This document shows positions 39,815 to 52,297 of a stretch of DNA of 64,000 nucleotides, in pieces. Each line of letters starts with the position of its first letter. Position 1 is the stretch's first letter. The DNA comes from Macrostomum lignano (taxonomy: Eukaryota): assembly GCA_002269645.1 (NCBI GenBank), contig NIVC01001990.1, positions 1 through 64,000 of the forward strand, in the 5' to 3' direction. The translations under genes and the position numbers were made by a program. A model generated the notes under the pieces. That model saw only the letters and a list, made by a program, of their open reading frames with translations. It had not been told where the DNA came from and ran no database searches.

Positions 39815-40990
39815 GTGGTCCAGCAACTGAGGATCTGGGGGGGGGGGCGGTGACCCAGCAACTGAGGATCTGGGGGAGGGGTGGCCGGTGGTCCAGCAAC
39901 TGAGGATCTGGGGGGGGGCGGTGACCCAGCAACTGAGGATCTGGGGGAGGGGTGGCCGGTGGTCCAGCAACTGAGGATCTGGGGGAGGGGGTGGCCCAGC
40001 AACTGAGGATCTGGGGGAGGGGTGGCCGGTGGTCCAGCAACTGAGGATCTGGGGGAGGGGTGGCCGGTGGTCCAGCAACTGAGGATCTGGGGGAGGGGGT
40101 GGCCCAGCAACTGAGGATCTGGGGGGGGCGGTGACCCAGCAACTGAGGATCTGGGGGAGGGGTGGCCGGTGGTCCAGCAACTGAGGATCTGGGGGAGGGG
40201 GTGGCCCAGCAACTGAGGATCTGGGGGGGGGGGAGGCGGTGGTCCAGCAACTGAGGATCTGGGGGAGGGGGTGGCCCAGCAACTGAGGATCTGGGGGGGG
40301 GCGGTGGTCCAGCAACTGAGGATCTGGGGGGGGCGGTGGTCCAGCAACTGAGGATCTGGGGGAGGGGTGGCCCAGCAACTGAGGATCTGGGGGGCGGTGG
40401 TCCAGCAACTGAGGATCTGGGGGGGGGGGCGGTGACCCAGCAACTGAGGATCTGGGGAGGGGTGGCCGGTGGTCCAGCAACTGAGGATCTGGGGGAGGGG
40501 GTGGCCCAGCAACTGAGGATCTGGGGGAGGGGTGGGCGGTGGTCCAGCAACTGAGGATCTGGGGGAGGCGGTGGCCCAGCAACTGAGGATCTGGGGGAGG
40601 GGTGGGCGGTGGTCCAGCAACTGAGGATCTGGGGGGGGGCGGTGGTCCAGCAACTGAGGATCTGGGGGGGGCGGTGGCCCAGCAACTGAGGATCTGGGGG
40701 GGGGGGGGCGGTGGCCCAGCAACTGAGGATCTGGGGGGGCGGTGGCCCAGCAACTGAGGATCTGGGGGGGGCGGTGGTCCAGCAACTGAGGATCTGGGGG
40801 GGGCGGTGGTCCAGCAACTGAGGATCTGGGGGGGGGCGGTGGCCCAGCAACTGAAGATTTGGGGGGAGGGCGGTGGTCCAGCAAATGAGGATCTGGGGGA
40901 GGGGGGCGGTGGCCCAGCAACTGAGGATCTGAGGGGGGGGGTGGCCCAGCAAATGAGGATCTGGGGGGCGGTGGCCCAGCAACTGAGGCT
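39815..40990. repeat. G-rich minisatellite downstream of DAXX
   Basis: CCAGCAACTGAGGATCT + G5-G11 + CGGTGG(T/C). Confidence 0.96.
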
Positions 40991-41188
40991 CTTACAGTCT
41001 GACATAAAAGATTCAAGATCCCTGAAGATATTAGACTATGAAAAGTTGAAAAAATTCAAGTGAAAAGTTCGTTGCGAAGTCGAGTCGTGGTTATTAAAAA
41101 TCAGTGAGCAGACAGTTTAAAAACGTGAATTCCAAGCACCCTGTATAAACGCGCTAACGCACAACCGAAGGGTGAATGAAGTCCTCGC

Positions 41189-44100
41189 TCAGTCAATCTG
41201 GATGACCGAGTCCGAGCTGACAGAGCCGATACGAGGCGGCTGCGGCAGGCCCAGTAAAGAGAAGCCGCCGCCTGGCTGGCCGACTCTGCCGCTGGCGCCC
41301 CATGAAGTTTTAACCAACCCAGACTGGGCAGTGGGCAGCGGGGATTGAGACGCACGAGAATTGCTCTGGCCAAGCACGCGCGGCCTCTGCAGTTGAATTC
41401 GTCCGGAGGATGCAGTGCCAGCAGCAGTAGAAGCAGCAATAGAACTTGAAGCAGAATAAGGCATAGGTCTAGGCTGCATAGGGGGCACGCTGTCCAAGTC
41501 TATAATAGGCCTGGCTGGCCGGCTAAGATGCATTTGACGCTTTGGCCGACAAAATGGCAGCGAGCCCTTGGCTTTGGCAGCGACAGAAGAAGAATCAGAC
41601 GGCTTGGTCGGCTGCCACAGCGACACAATCTGCACAGAGTCGGAATCGTTAGCCTGATCTTCCACTGCATCCTGGCCGGAGACGATCAGCTGTTCGGCCT
41701 CCTGATCGCCAGCGGGATTTTTATCCTTCTCCGACTGCGGCCCGGCCTCGCCTATCTGCCCGGTGCCGTCTCTGTCCTTCTCCCCCGGCTCATCCCCGTT
41801 GGCGCCATCGTCCGGCCGCTCCGCGCCGCCATCGTTGCCCTCGCCGTCAGCTTCGCCGTCGCTTTTATTGTCGTTTTGACCATCGTCTTCGTCTTCATCG
41901 GACGACTCGTCGGCATCATCGTTGTCGCTGCTGCTTGAATTGTCGTCTCCGTCGGCGACGCCGGCAGCTGCGGCGGCGTCCTCCGGCATGGCTGAGTAGG
42001 CGGACAGCACCGAGGCGAGCTTGGCGCTGCCCTGGGCGGCGTTGCGCTCCAGGCGCTGGCGAAGATCGGCGTCGGCCTCGGCGGGGTCGGCCTCCAGGCT
42101 GCCGCTGGGGATTGGGATTGTTCATTTTTGATGGGGAGCGGACAACTGCGCGCCATTCACTGTAGATTTTTGCTAGATTACGCAGAGTCGATAGGTAAAG
42201 AGTAGATGTTAGAGTAGACAACAGGTAGAGAAGAGTTATATATACGGTAGACACACTGAAGTGGATAGACACAGTAAATATAGAAATAGACAGAGTAGAA
42301 ATCGGGGTAGACAGGGTAGATATCGGGTAGGTAGGGTAGATATCGGGATAGACAGGGTAGATATCAGGTACGTATGGTAGATATCGGGTAGGTAGGGTAG
42401 ATATCGGGTAGGTAGCGTAGATATTGGGTAGGTAGGGTAGATATCGGGTAGGTAGGGTAGATATCGGGTAGGCAGGGTAGATATCGGTGGGCCGATGGAG
42501 TAGAGTAGGCAGGCTAGAGTAGGTTTTGTGTTAGGCAGGAAACTAAAAAATATATAAAGCCACTCACCCGTCCGGCAGGTCGGTGAACAGACAGTCGAAC
42601 AGGTCCCGCTTACGCCGATCTTGAAGCTGCTCGCCAACATCTTTAAATACGGTCTCAGCGCAGCGCCGGACCTCGGCCTGAGACCAGCCCAATTTGTGGC
42701 GCCTGTTGCACCAGTTGACAATTTTCAGCACTTTTGGCAGATCGGGGAATCCGCGCCGCCTATTAACGTAGCACTCGATGAGCTCGCCGATCTCCGGGTG
42801 GGCCGAGCAGTCGTAACGAAATCTGCGGCCAGAAAGTAGTGCGGCCGATTGGGGGGCCCGGCGAAGGCGGCACAGGCTGTTGTAGACCTGGAAAGTGTAC
42901 AGCTGATACTCATTAACAAGCAAAACGATAGGATTATAAAGTGGGAAAATTGTCGGCTAACAGTCAAAAATAGATTGGGTTGACTACTTTTACTACAGAT
43001 ACGAATGAGTGGCCTGGTAGAAAAAATGACAGGAATAATCTAGACTTGTCAGCGAGACAAATCATGACCATCGATTTGTCAGCGATAAGAATCATGACCA
43101 TAGATTTGTCAGTGATAAGAATCATGACCATAGATTTGTCAGCGATAAGAATCATGACCATCGATTTGTCAGCGATAAGAATCATGACCATCGATTTGTC
43201 AGCGATAAGAATCATGACCATCGATTTGTCAGCGATAAGAATCATGACCATCGATTTGTCAGCGATAAGAATCATGACCATGGACTTGTCAAGAATAAGA
43301 ATCATGACCATCGATTTGTCAGCGATAAGAATTATGACCATAGACTTGTCAAGAATAAGAATCATGACCATAGACTTGTCAGCGATAAGAATCATGACCA
43401 TAGACTTGTCAAGAATAAGAATCATGACCATAGACTTGTCAGGGAGAAGAATCATGACCATAGACTTGTCAAGAATAAGAATCATGACCATAGACTTGTC
43501 AGCGATAAGAATCATGACCATAGACTTGTCAGCGATAAGAATCATGACCATAGACTTGTCAGCGATAAGAATCATGACCATAGACTTGTCAGCGATAAGA
43601 ATCATGACTTTCAGACTCCTTTCGCCTTGTGATCCATGTCAGGCAGACAGCACACACACCTGCACAGCGCGCTGCTTCAGCCGGTCCTCCTGCAAGTAGA
43701 CGCTGCTCTCCGAGCTCAAATCATTCAGACTCATCTCGAGCTGCTGCAGTCGCTTAATCTTAGTTAATATGCGGCACAGGCAGTCCTGCAGCGCCCGAGC
43801 TTTCTGACGCTCCTCAGGCGTCAAGTCGGCGTCGTCGCCAGCTCGATTATCGAAATCGCTGGCCGATAACTGGCCGGGCAGCTTCGGCAGCGGGCCAGAC
43901 GAAGTGGACGGCCGATCTGCCGGCAGGCGAGGATCCGGCGAATCGGCCAGGCGAGTCAAAGCGATTCGACGCTTCTTCGGCAAGGGTTCGGCTTCTTCTT
44001 CTTTATGATCTTCCTCGTTCCGCTCGATTTCTCGAACATGATCTTGCTGCGAATCTGTATCTGCTTTTGTGGAGCCGCCGGATTTCTCCGTCTCATTATC

Positions 44101-44610
44101 CGAGTCATTCTCTCCGTCATCATCGTCTCCGGAGCTAGGTTCAGCTTCCTTAGCTGCATCGGCCTCTTCACTATTGCCAGCAGCGTCATCATCATCATCG
44201 GACGCTTTGCCGGACACGTCCTCGCCGGACGCTTTCTCAGTTTCATCGTCGACACGTCGCTCCGGTACGGCGTCGCTTGGAGCATCGGCAAGAGACTCCT
44301 GCAGGTCTAGCCGCGAGTCCAGCGCGCACACCAGTTTAAAAGCGCCGGCGCAAATGTCCCGCCGGAGACTGTCGAACAGGCGACGCGCTCCGGCCGGCGT
44401 CAGCCGATTGACGGACCGGCTGGCCACGGCGGCGTCGAAATGGCGTCGCAGGCTGCGCAACAATATCCTGTCGTAGTCGTCATTGTGCAACAGATTCGAT
44501 AGGAATGACTCCAGCTGGCACCACGCGGCCTCAAATTCGGCCAATTCGCCGCCAGCCGACGCTGATCCAGCCTCGTCATGCTGGCGTTGATGCCGCTGTT
44601 GATTCTGCAT
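41189..44610 (-). CDS. DAXX: Death domain-associated protein 6 (DAXX) homolog, H3.3 chaperone, ~728 aa
   Basis: Exons 44610-43660, 42887-42568, 42104-41189 join in frame (phases 0, 2). The histone-binding domain resembles human DAXX (KIKRLQQLEMSLNDLSSESSVYLQEDRLK; FPDLPKVL; FKDVGEQLQDRRKRDL; DPAEADADLRQRLERN). It is followed by an acidic tract and SIM-like motifs (PIIDLD; C-terminal DSVIQID). The ATG at 44610 lies just before a possible acceptor, so an upstream exon cannot be excluded. Confidence 0.88.
42300..42490. repeat. 20-bp minisatellite, DAXX intron 2
   Basis: GTAGGTAGGGTAGATATCGG. Confidence 0.88.
43065..43608. repeat. 30-bp minisatellite, DAXX intron 1
   Basis: ATCATGACCATAGACTTGTCAGCGATAAGA x ~18. 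Confidence 0.95.
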
Positions 44611-44733
44611 GAAACACAGGCATCATAGTAGAGCACGGGGCACACTTGTGATATCAGGGCTTATGCTCTAGCTTAGGCTTACCCCTTTCCTATAGGTATA
44701 ACAGGTAAAATAGAAAAGAAAGCGACACTAGAC

Positions 44734-44977
44734 CAGGGATTGGCAAACTTTTTTATTTCAAGGGCCAGATAGAACATCTAGCGCATGACTGCTGAGGGGA
44801 GAGAGGAGGGAACCCAGTATAGAGAGGAGAAATAGGAGTAAGGAGAGGCGAAGGAGACAAGAGGAGAGGAGAGAAAAGAGACGAGAGCTGAGAAGAGAAA
44901 CCTTGAGCGGGCCGGATTGCTACTGAGAGGCTTCGCAGGCCGCATGTGGCCCGCGGGTCGGGGTTTGCCGACCCCTG
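44734..44977. mobile_element. hAT (Charlie-like) MITE, 244 bp
   Basis: TIRs CAGGGATTGGCAAAC / GTTTGCCGACCCCTG, 8-bp TSD CACTAGAC / CTCTAGAC (7/8), subterminal GGGCCGGATT..TGTGGCCCGCGG typical of this group. Confidence 0.8.
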
Positions 44978-45679
44978 CTCTAGACGACTCTGAAACGACC
45001 AGATGTCACGGTAAAAGTCGTCTAAGAGTCAATTTGAGGCGCTTTATTGTCTGCGACTCAGGGGTCGTATCTGAGGCGTGCTGGAGTCGCTGCAGAACCA
45101 CTGAGTTGCGTCTAAAGCGCATCCGCGTCACTTTATGAATTAGAATCGCATTTTGCATTTATAACAAACTCTTAGTCTACTTGAGTTAGTAGAAAGTTAA
45201 GCGCTAACACAACGACTCTTCGATGACTTACTCGCGACTCGCAAGTATAGAATGACACATGCGAATTATTGTCTATGGCTAAGACATAGGTTTCGCCTAT
45301 GCTATGACTTCGGCCATAGATAAAAGTGAACAATACTGTTTTGCTGTTATCTATGGCCAAAGCTAATTACCCAGAATCCCAGATAATGGAATTACAGTCT
45401 GCTCATAATCTGGTATAAGAGGAGGGTGGTATACAACTGTAACTACAACTTATCAAAACATTGTTCAACATCTTCTGTAGGTAAAACGAACTGAATGAAA
45501 TAAAAGAAAATCCAAATTTTTACTCAATGTTGTTAACAAAAATGCGAAACAACAGTTCTTGGATCAAGTTTTAATTTTTTTATTAGCTAAACAAACATAA
45601 ACTAGAAAACTATTTCTCAAGTCGAACAGCGCAGTCACGGAGTCACAACATTGCAGCAAATGTAAAACAGACTTCTACT

Positions 45680-48600
45680 TCATTCGTAGTACTTCCTATT
45701 GCCAGGCACAATAGGCGACTGTAATAGGCCGCGCGTGACAACAGGCGCCGGCGGCTCGGCATTGGGCGGCACAATGCCCAGCTCAGAATGGTACTGCTTC
45801 ACCAAGTCTGTCAGGCTCTGCAATTTTGGTTGGGTTGCTAATCAATTAGGATCTGTGCTTTTAGCTGGGTATCTATATGGCTATTCAGTGCAGTTTGAGG
45901 GGCTATTCGGTGCAGTTTGAGGGGCTATTCGGTGCAGTTTGAGGGGCTATTCAGTGCAGTTTGAGGGGCTATTCAGTGCAGTTTGAGGGGCTATTCGGTG
46001 CAGTTTGAGGGGCTATTCGGTGCAGTTTGAGGGGCTATTCAGTGCAGTTTGAGGGGCTATTCGGTGCAGTTTGAGGGGCTATTCGGTGCAGTTTGAGGGG
46101 CTATTCAGTGCAGTTTGAGGGGCTATTCAGTGCAGTTTGAGGGGCTATTCGGTGCAGTTTGAGGGGCTATTCGGTGCAGTTTGAGGGGCTATTCGGTGCA
46201 GTTTGAGGGGCTATTCAGTGCAGTTTGAGGGGCTATTCGGTGCAGTTTGAGGGGCTATTCGGTGCAGTTTGAGGGGCTATTCGGTGCAGTTTGAGGGGCT
46301 ATTCAGTGCAGTTTGAGGAGCTATTTAATGGTTGGTTTGAAAACAATTTACCAATGCCTTGGTTGATAATTTAAAACTTATTAAGATTTAGGATGCACAT
46401 GCTATAAACTGAACATACATGAGACACGTTTTAAATCATATACCTTAAAGCTGTAGGGCTCATAAATAGCCAACTGCTGAAGCATCTTGCGGTTAAGCTG
46501 TATGTTCATCCGACCCAAGCCGTCGACAAGCATTTTGCCAGGGATACCGTGCTGAGCGCAAGCAGCGTCAATTCGTTCGTCGCACAGCTGTTTAAATCTG
46601 TCCTTGCGAACAGCGCGCATCGCGTTCATGTGCTGGAAGGCCTTGATAACGCGCTGCTCGGCTAGACGAAAGCATCGACTGGATCGGCCGCGGAATAACT
46701 ACAAATTTGTGGTTGATATTGTGAGGGAATTAAATGATAGCTATTCACTCGCTAATTACTACTGCGACAGTCCATAGAAGCAGTAGGGTATTAGGCATCC
46801 ACATTTGCCAATGAAATATGCTGGAATTTTTAAAGGACGACCTCAAAAGATACTTATTGCAAGAATTAACCAAGGGGTTGTTGAGCCTAACATCAGAAAG
46901 TCAACAGGCCATTTTATATCTATCTATGCTACTGACCTATTCTACTTATATGTGTAGTATTGATATGAGTATGACGGTTTTGAGGCTGCTGATTTCAGCG
47001 GCCTGAAGCTTCGATCTAAATCTATGTAATTTAAAACCAAAATGATTTTCTTCCCTATAGAGGTTAGGCATGAGAACCTATAGCAACTTAATATAAAATT
47101 AATAAAAGCTTATATGGATACCACAAATATTTACAGCAAAACTTTTTAGTCTATCTATTACTATGCCTCTTAGTCTAAGCAAGACTACATGGATTGGTAG
47201 TATCTTAAGGAAAGGGCCTATGGAAAAAAACTAAATGCTAGCTTTTTAACACTTGACAACAATATTCTAGCCTATACAACCCAAGTTATACTAAATTATA
47301 CTATCATTGCAAGGTTTGAAAGATTTCTTTATCTAGGCTATTAACTATACCTAGCCCCTCAACTTCTATCTTGCAATATTGTGCTGATTTAAACATGCAT
47401 TAAAAATGATCACAATGCTTAAAAGACAAAACACAAAAATGTTGAAAAATTAATATACAAAACATTTTTAATATAAAATAAACTGTTTTAATACTTGATA
47501 AATTTTCTAAAGTAACATGGACAGAAGAATAGTCACATGATGACTATTCTTAGCCAATAAAAATTATATATATCATTCATTGTGCCTGCCTACTGATACT
47601 ATAAGTATGACTACTATAAACTTTTAGCATTGCAAGCACTTATTTAAAATACCCCACTCCTAAATCTTACAAATATGCCAGAAAATTCTGGCATACAATA
47701 GATATTAAAAAAGTTATCTTTATATGCAATATATGAAAAATGCTTTTAGATGAATAATTGCAAACCAAAATGGTACTTCAACAAAGTTTTAGTAGATTTT
47801 TTTAAAATTCACAATGTGAACTTAAAGAAAACACAAACAAGGTTTAAAATTAAAAAGTGCTTATGAAAGCTAGAAAAATTGATATTTTATTTTAATTTAA
47901 CTTTCAATTTAATTTAAATATTATTAGACTTTTTGGCATTCTTTTGTTGTATAATACCTATAGCCTAATTGATTACTTATATCAATTTTGTTATAAGATA
48001 CCTTATAGAAAATAGTGAGAATTGAAATAGACATAGCCATGATTGAAAAAATACTATAATTATAGCTTACTAGAGCACAATCCCTATATTCACTTTTATT
48101 ATATGATGCACTAAATGGAGAATTTGTTAAGAAAAGTTATAAAACAAAAATGAGGGGGTGTGTGGAAATAAAAATGAGAGATAATAATAATAATTAGATG
48201 TAACCATACAAGAATCCTACAATTGTAGCTTAATTATTAAAGCACAATTCTTATATTCACTTTCATTATATGATGCCTTTGAGACAATTTATTATTGTCA
48301 TATAAAGATTGTGCTTTTATATGATGCCTTTGAGACAATTTATTACTGTCATATAAAGATTGTGCTCTAATAAGCTATAGGATTATTGCAATCATGGCTA
48401 TATCTATTGCAATTCTTACTATTTTCCAAGGATATATACAAATTTGGCAAAAGCAAATTTGGCAAAAGCAAATTTGGCAAAAGCAAATTTGGCAACAATT
48501 TAGTGTACGCAACTTTGGTGACAAGTCTTTTTAAGTCTAATTTATTAAATATAACTTTGGTAACTGCTAATTTGGTAATAAAGCAAATTTAGGACTGTCA

Positions 48601-51600
48601 ACACTATATATAATCTAATACCATCATACCAAAAGAATCAATAAATTTATATAGAACTATTCTATTGCCAAATTTGTCTATGGTGAATCTCTGTCACCAA
48701 ATTTGTTTGTTGTTGAATTGGTTAATACCTATTTTTCAATCGCCACACTTAGAGCATGGCTGCCATGTCTCTAATAGGGACTAGGTCCATATTTATAGAC
48801 ATGGCTGCCATGTATACAAGTTTCTGCATTATAGACATGGCCACCATGTTTATAAGTATCACTATTAGAGACATGGCCGCCATGTTGATGAAACTTGCAT
48901 AGCAGCCATGTCATTAATATTGAATGGGTTCATACTTAAAGACATAGTGGGTGGCTATATTGTTAATACTGAATGGGTTTACACTTACAGACATAGTGGA
49001 TAGCCATGTCATTAATATTGAATGGGTTCACAGTTGGAGACACAGTGGGTGGCCATGTCTGTCATTAATATTGAATGGGTTCATATTTAGAGACAAGGTG
49101 GGTGGCCATGTCTATAATATTGGAGCTTATAGGCATGGCTGCCATGTATATAATCATCAATATAGAATGCATGTTCTATAGGGCTCTTGCATAAGCAAAT
49201 GGTGGCTTAGTGGATAAGTTAATTGCCTTGTGATTGCATGAAAAGGTTTGAATCCCAAGTGGTTAGTTTTTTTTAATTTGATTTTTAAAAACTAAATTAA
49301 ATTAAAATTTTAAGGGTAACTTTAAATTTTAAAGTGCAGCCATAATTATATATGTAGCTAAAAAAATATTTTTTTGATATATATATTGGCCACATTTTGT
49401 CATGAGTTTAACATTATATAGCTTTACTAAACACATAAGACTTGAGAATAAATGAAATCTAGTAATAACTGAAGAGCATGAACAAAAATGTGGCAAACTT
49501 CTTATAATATAAAATTTGTAATAATTTGTAAGTTCAAATACTTATAGATATAGCTACATATATATTTGCAGTTGCACATTAAGATTTAGCAAATTTCTCC
49601 TATTCAAAAATTTAATTAAAATTATTATTTTATTTTACTTAAAAAACTTAAAAGTTAAAGATGGAAAAAATTCTATTCACTAAAAAAAATTTAAATAAAA
49701 AAAACATGGACCTTTTGGGATTTAAACCTTCCTACATGCAATCGCAAAGCATATCCACTAAGCCACCATTTGCTTATAAAAGAGCCCTACAGAACACACA
49801 TTTTATATTGATGATAATAGCTGTGCCTTTAAGCTCAAATTATAGACATGGCCACTGTGCCTATAAGTACTCCATTTTTAAATAGGTATCATAACAAAAT
49901 TAATATAAAATGTACCAGGTACACGCATTGAAACGTTACACTTACTATTTTTCGTTTTCGTTTTTTGTTTTTTGTTTTTGGGGCCTATAAATTCAGACAC
50001 GAGTGACTTTAGAGAGTCTAAAGTTTGCATACAAAATTTGATTCCAATTGCTCTTGAAATGGCCAAGTACGAGAAGATTCAAAAAAAGATAGTCGAAAAG
50101 CTTTGCGCGGATGAGAAGCCAGCGTCAATTGCAAGACAGCTTCGTGTCTCAAGAATGCGAGTCTACCGAACCAAAAAGCTCCTTAACAAGACTGGGGACA
50201 CGAAAGCTCGGCATGGCGGTGGGCACTCCCACACATCTCACACTGCTGCCACGATTCGAGCCATTAAACAATGGATTCGTCGAAATCCCAGGAGGAGCAT
50301 CCGGCAGCTGGCATGTGACTTTAGCATGGCTGAGTCCACGATGAGGAAACTCATCAAAGATGACCTGGGCATGCACAGCAGGGCTGTTGTTACCTGGCAC
50401 AGTGTCTGCCAACCAAAAGCGCTGTTGTGTAGAGAGGGCCAGAGGTCTGCTGAACTGGCTGAAGTCCCATGGTGGACTCATGCACGTCTTCTCGGACAAG
50501 AAGCTGTTCACCATTGATGCTGTCGTCAACAGGAGAAATGATTGCTGCATCGTCTCTGGGCCAGTGTCGGAGATCCCAAGCAATGTTCAGGTGATTCAAC
50601 ACTGCAAGCACCCTGCCTTGGTGATGGTTCTGGGCGTCATCACGTCTGATGGCCAAAAGTGCCCACCAATCTTCATTGAGGCTGGTGTGAAAATTAACTC
50701 GGCAACGTACCAGGAGCTGCTGAGGACACAAGTCTTGCCCTGGTTGCAGCAAAGGTACCCAAGAGATGACTACGTGTTTCAGCAGGATGGCGTTCCAGCT
50801 CATACTGCAAGGACAACGCAGGCATTTTTGGCAGTCAACTTTAGCAATTTCTGGAATAAGGACATCTGGCCTCCCTCATCGCCTGATTTGAACCCCTTAG
50901 GCTTCTATTTCTGGGCGGATGTGGAGGAGGCCTGCCGAGTTCAACACAGGAGCACGGCGGATCTGCGTGCTGCCATCTGTAGGGCATGAGAAAAAATTAT
51001 AAACCAGGAGGTTGCCAGAGCTGTGCAGACTTTTTGGTAGCGTTTTCAAAGAGTCGTGGAAGCTGGCAGAGGATTTATTGTATAACCTTTTCCTATATAT
51101 GATGGACTAACATATAGAGTATATTTTATTGCAATTGTGAGAAGTGTCATTTGGTCACTGTGCATGAAAATATATTTTTTGTAAAAGTATAACCTTTCAA
51201 TGCGCACACCTGGTAAGTATTATATTTATAAAATAAAATAATTCTAATTCTTAGTGCTATTGAACACTAGAACTCTAGCTATGCATAGATCAATAAAAAT
51301 ATAGGCCTTGATACACAAATTTGTATTTAGTTTTGAACATAGCATAGAGAGTGTGCCGCATAGAGTATACTCTAAAAATATGCTATAATTTTTTGCATAT
51401 ATGATACCTTTCTGAGTTTAACTTTAGGGCTAGGCATACACCCAACATCTTTAAAACAAGCCCCACCCCTTATATTGGCAAGTCCTAGTGAGACACTCAC
51501 TGAACTGAAGTCCCTAATATTGCTAATTGAGATTGCTAATTAAAATTAAGACTATCAACTATGCTATCTAATATAGTATACTATCTGGTAGCATAAATGG

Positions 51601-51827
51601 ATGCAAAAATATTAGACATGGTGACTATCACATATTCAGACTGATGTTAGACTTAAAGAACAGAATATGCAATAGTCAATACCAATACAAGGCTAAAACA
51701 ACAAGATTACTTCAAATACTTTACTTACAAAGGAAAACTGAAGATATAAATTGCGAAGATAGAAGGGATCATTATTTCGATAAATTTTAGGGATTCTTCG
51801 TACCCATAAAGGACAGGTGAGGTGCAT
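45680..51827 (-). CDS. MRPL20: Mitochondrial ribosomal protein L20 (bL20m), 163 aa
   Basis: Exons 51827-51729 (MHLTCPLWVRR..FSF), 46698-46444 (LFRGRSSRCFRLA..RIDAACAQHG..LNRKMLQQLAIYEPYSFK), 45817-45680 (SLTDLVK..). All junctions are phase 0 GT-AG. Contains the L20 signature LNRK-x-L-x-x-LAIYEP. AATAAA at 45584-45579. Confidence 0.9.
45883..46322. repeat. 22-bp minisatellite, MRPL20 intron 2
   Basis: GGCTATTC(A/G)GTGCAGTTTGAGG x ~20. Confidence 0.95.
48750..49160. repeat. Degenerate palindrome-rich repeat block
   Basis: Recurrent ACATGGC(T/C)GCCATGT palindromes and ~46-50-bp units containing CATTAATATTGAATGGGTT. Confidence 0.6.
49915..51213 (+). mobile_element. Tc1/mariner DD37D (maT-type) DNA transposon, inactivated, in MRPL20 intron 1
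   Basis: TA-flanked 29-bp imperfect TIRs (CCAGGTACACGCATTGAAACGTTACACTT / CCAGGTGTGCGCATTGAAAGGTTATACTT). Transposase from ATG 50059 with HTH, a frameshift near 50410-50440, then FSDKKLF, FQQDGVPAH and WPPSSPDLNPLG: 37 residues after the second D, and the third D is changed to G. Confidence 0.92.
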
Positions 51828-52297
51828 ACTGATATGCTAATATTAAAACACTAAGACAAGTGAAGTTTTATAGTATATAAAGTTTATTTTTACCAAAAAT
51901 TCAGATTGGGACCATTCAGTGAGTCCGACTAGTTGAACGAATTATGCTTTAATTTTTTAGAAATTTAAAAACACACTTTGGTTATAACACAATAAGTTGT
52001 TTGTTAGATTTAATAGTACTTAAATGCTGAAAAAATTAAACTACTTAATTTAAAAACTAATATTTTTTTAATCAACTTTTTAAAAAAACTCAAGTCTTTC
52101 TGTCGACATAGATTTGCCGTCAAATTTTAATTCTTAAATGAGATGTGCAAATAATATCAGGCTCATTGTTTCAGAAGCACTTGCTAGAAGTTAAAAAGTG
52201 TAAAGCACCTATTGCGAAGCTCTTTGGCTTTAAATCGTCTTCATTAAAAAACAGTTATCGTGTTTATTATTGTAAAAGACAGTTTTTGTTTGACACA
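51828..52297. promoter_or_regulatory. Putative bidirectional promoter MRPL20 / PGD
   Basis: Only 470 bp of AT-rich sequence separates the divergent start codons. Confidence 0.6.
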
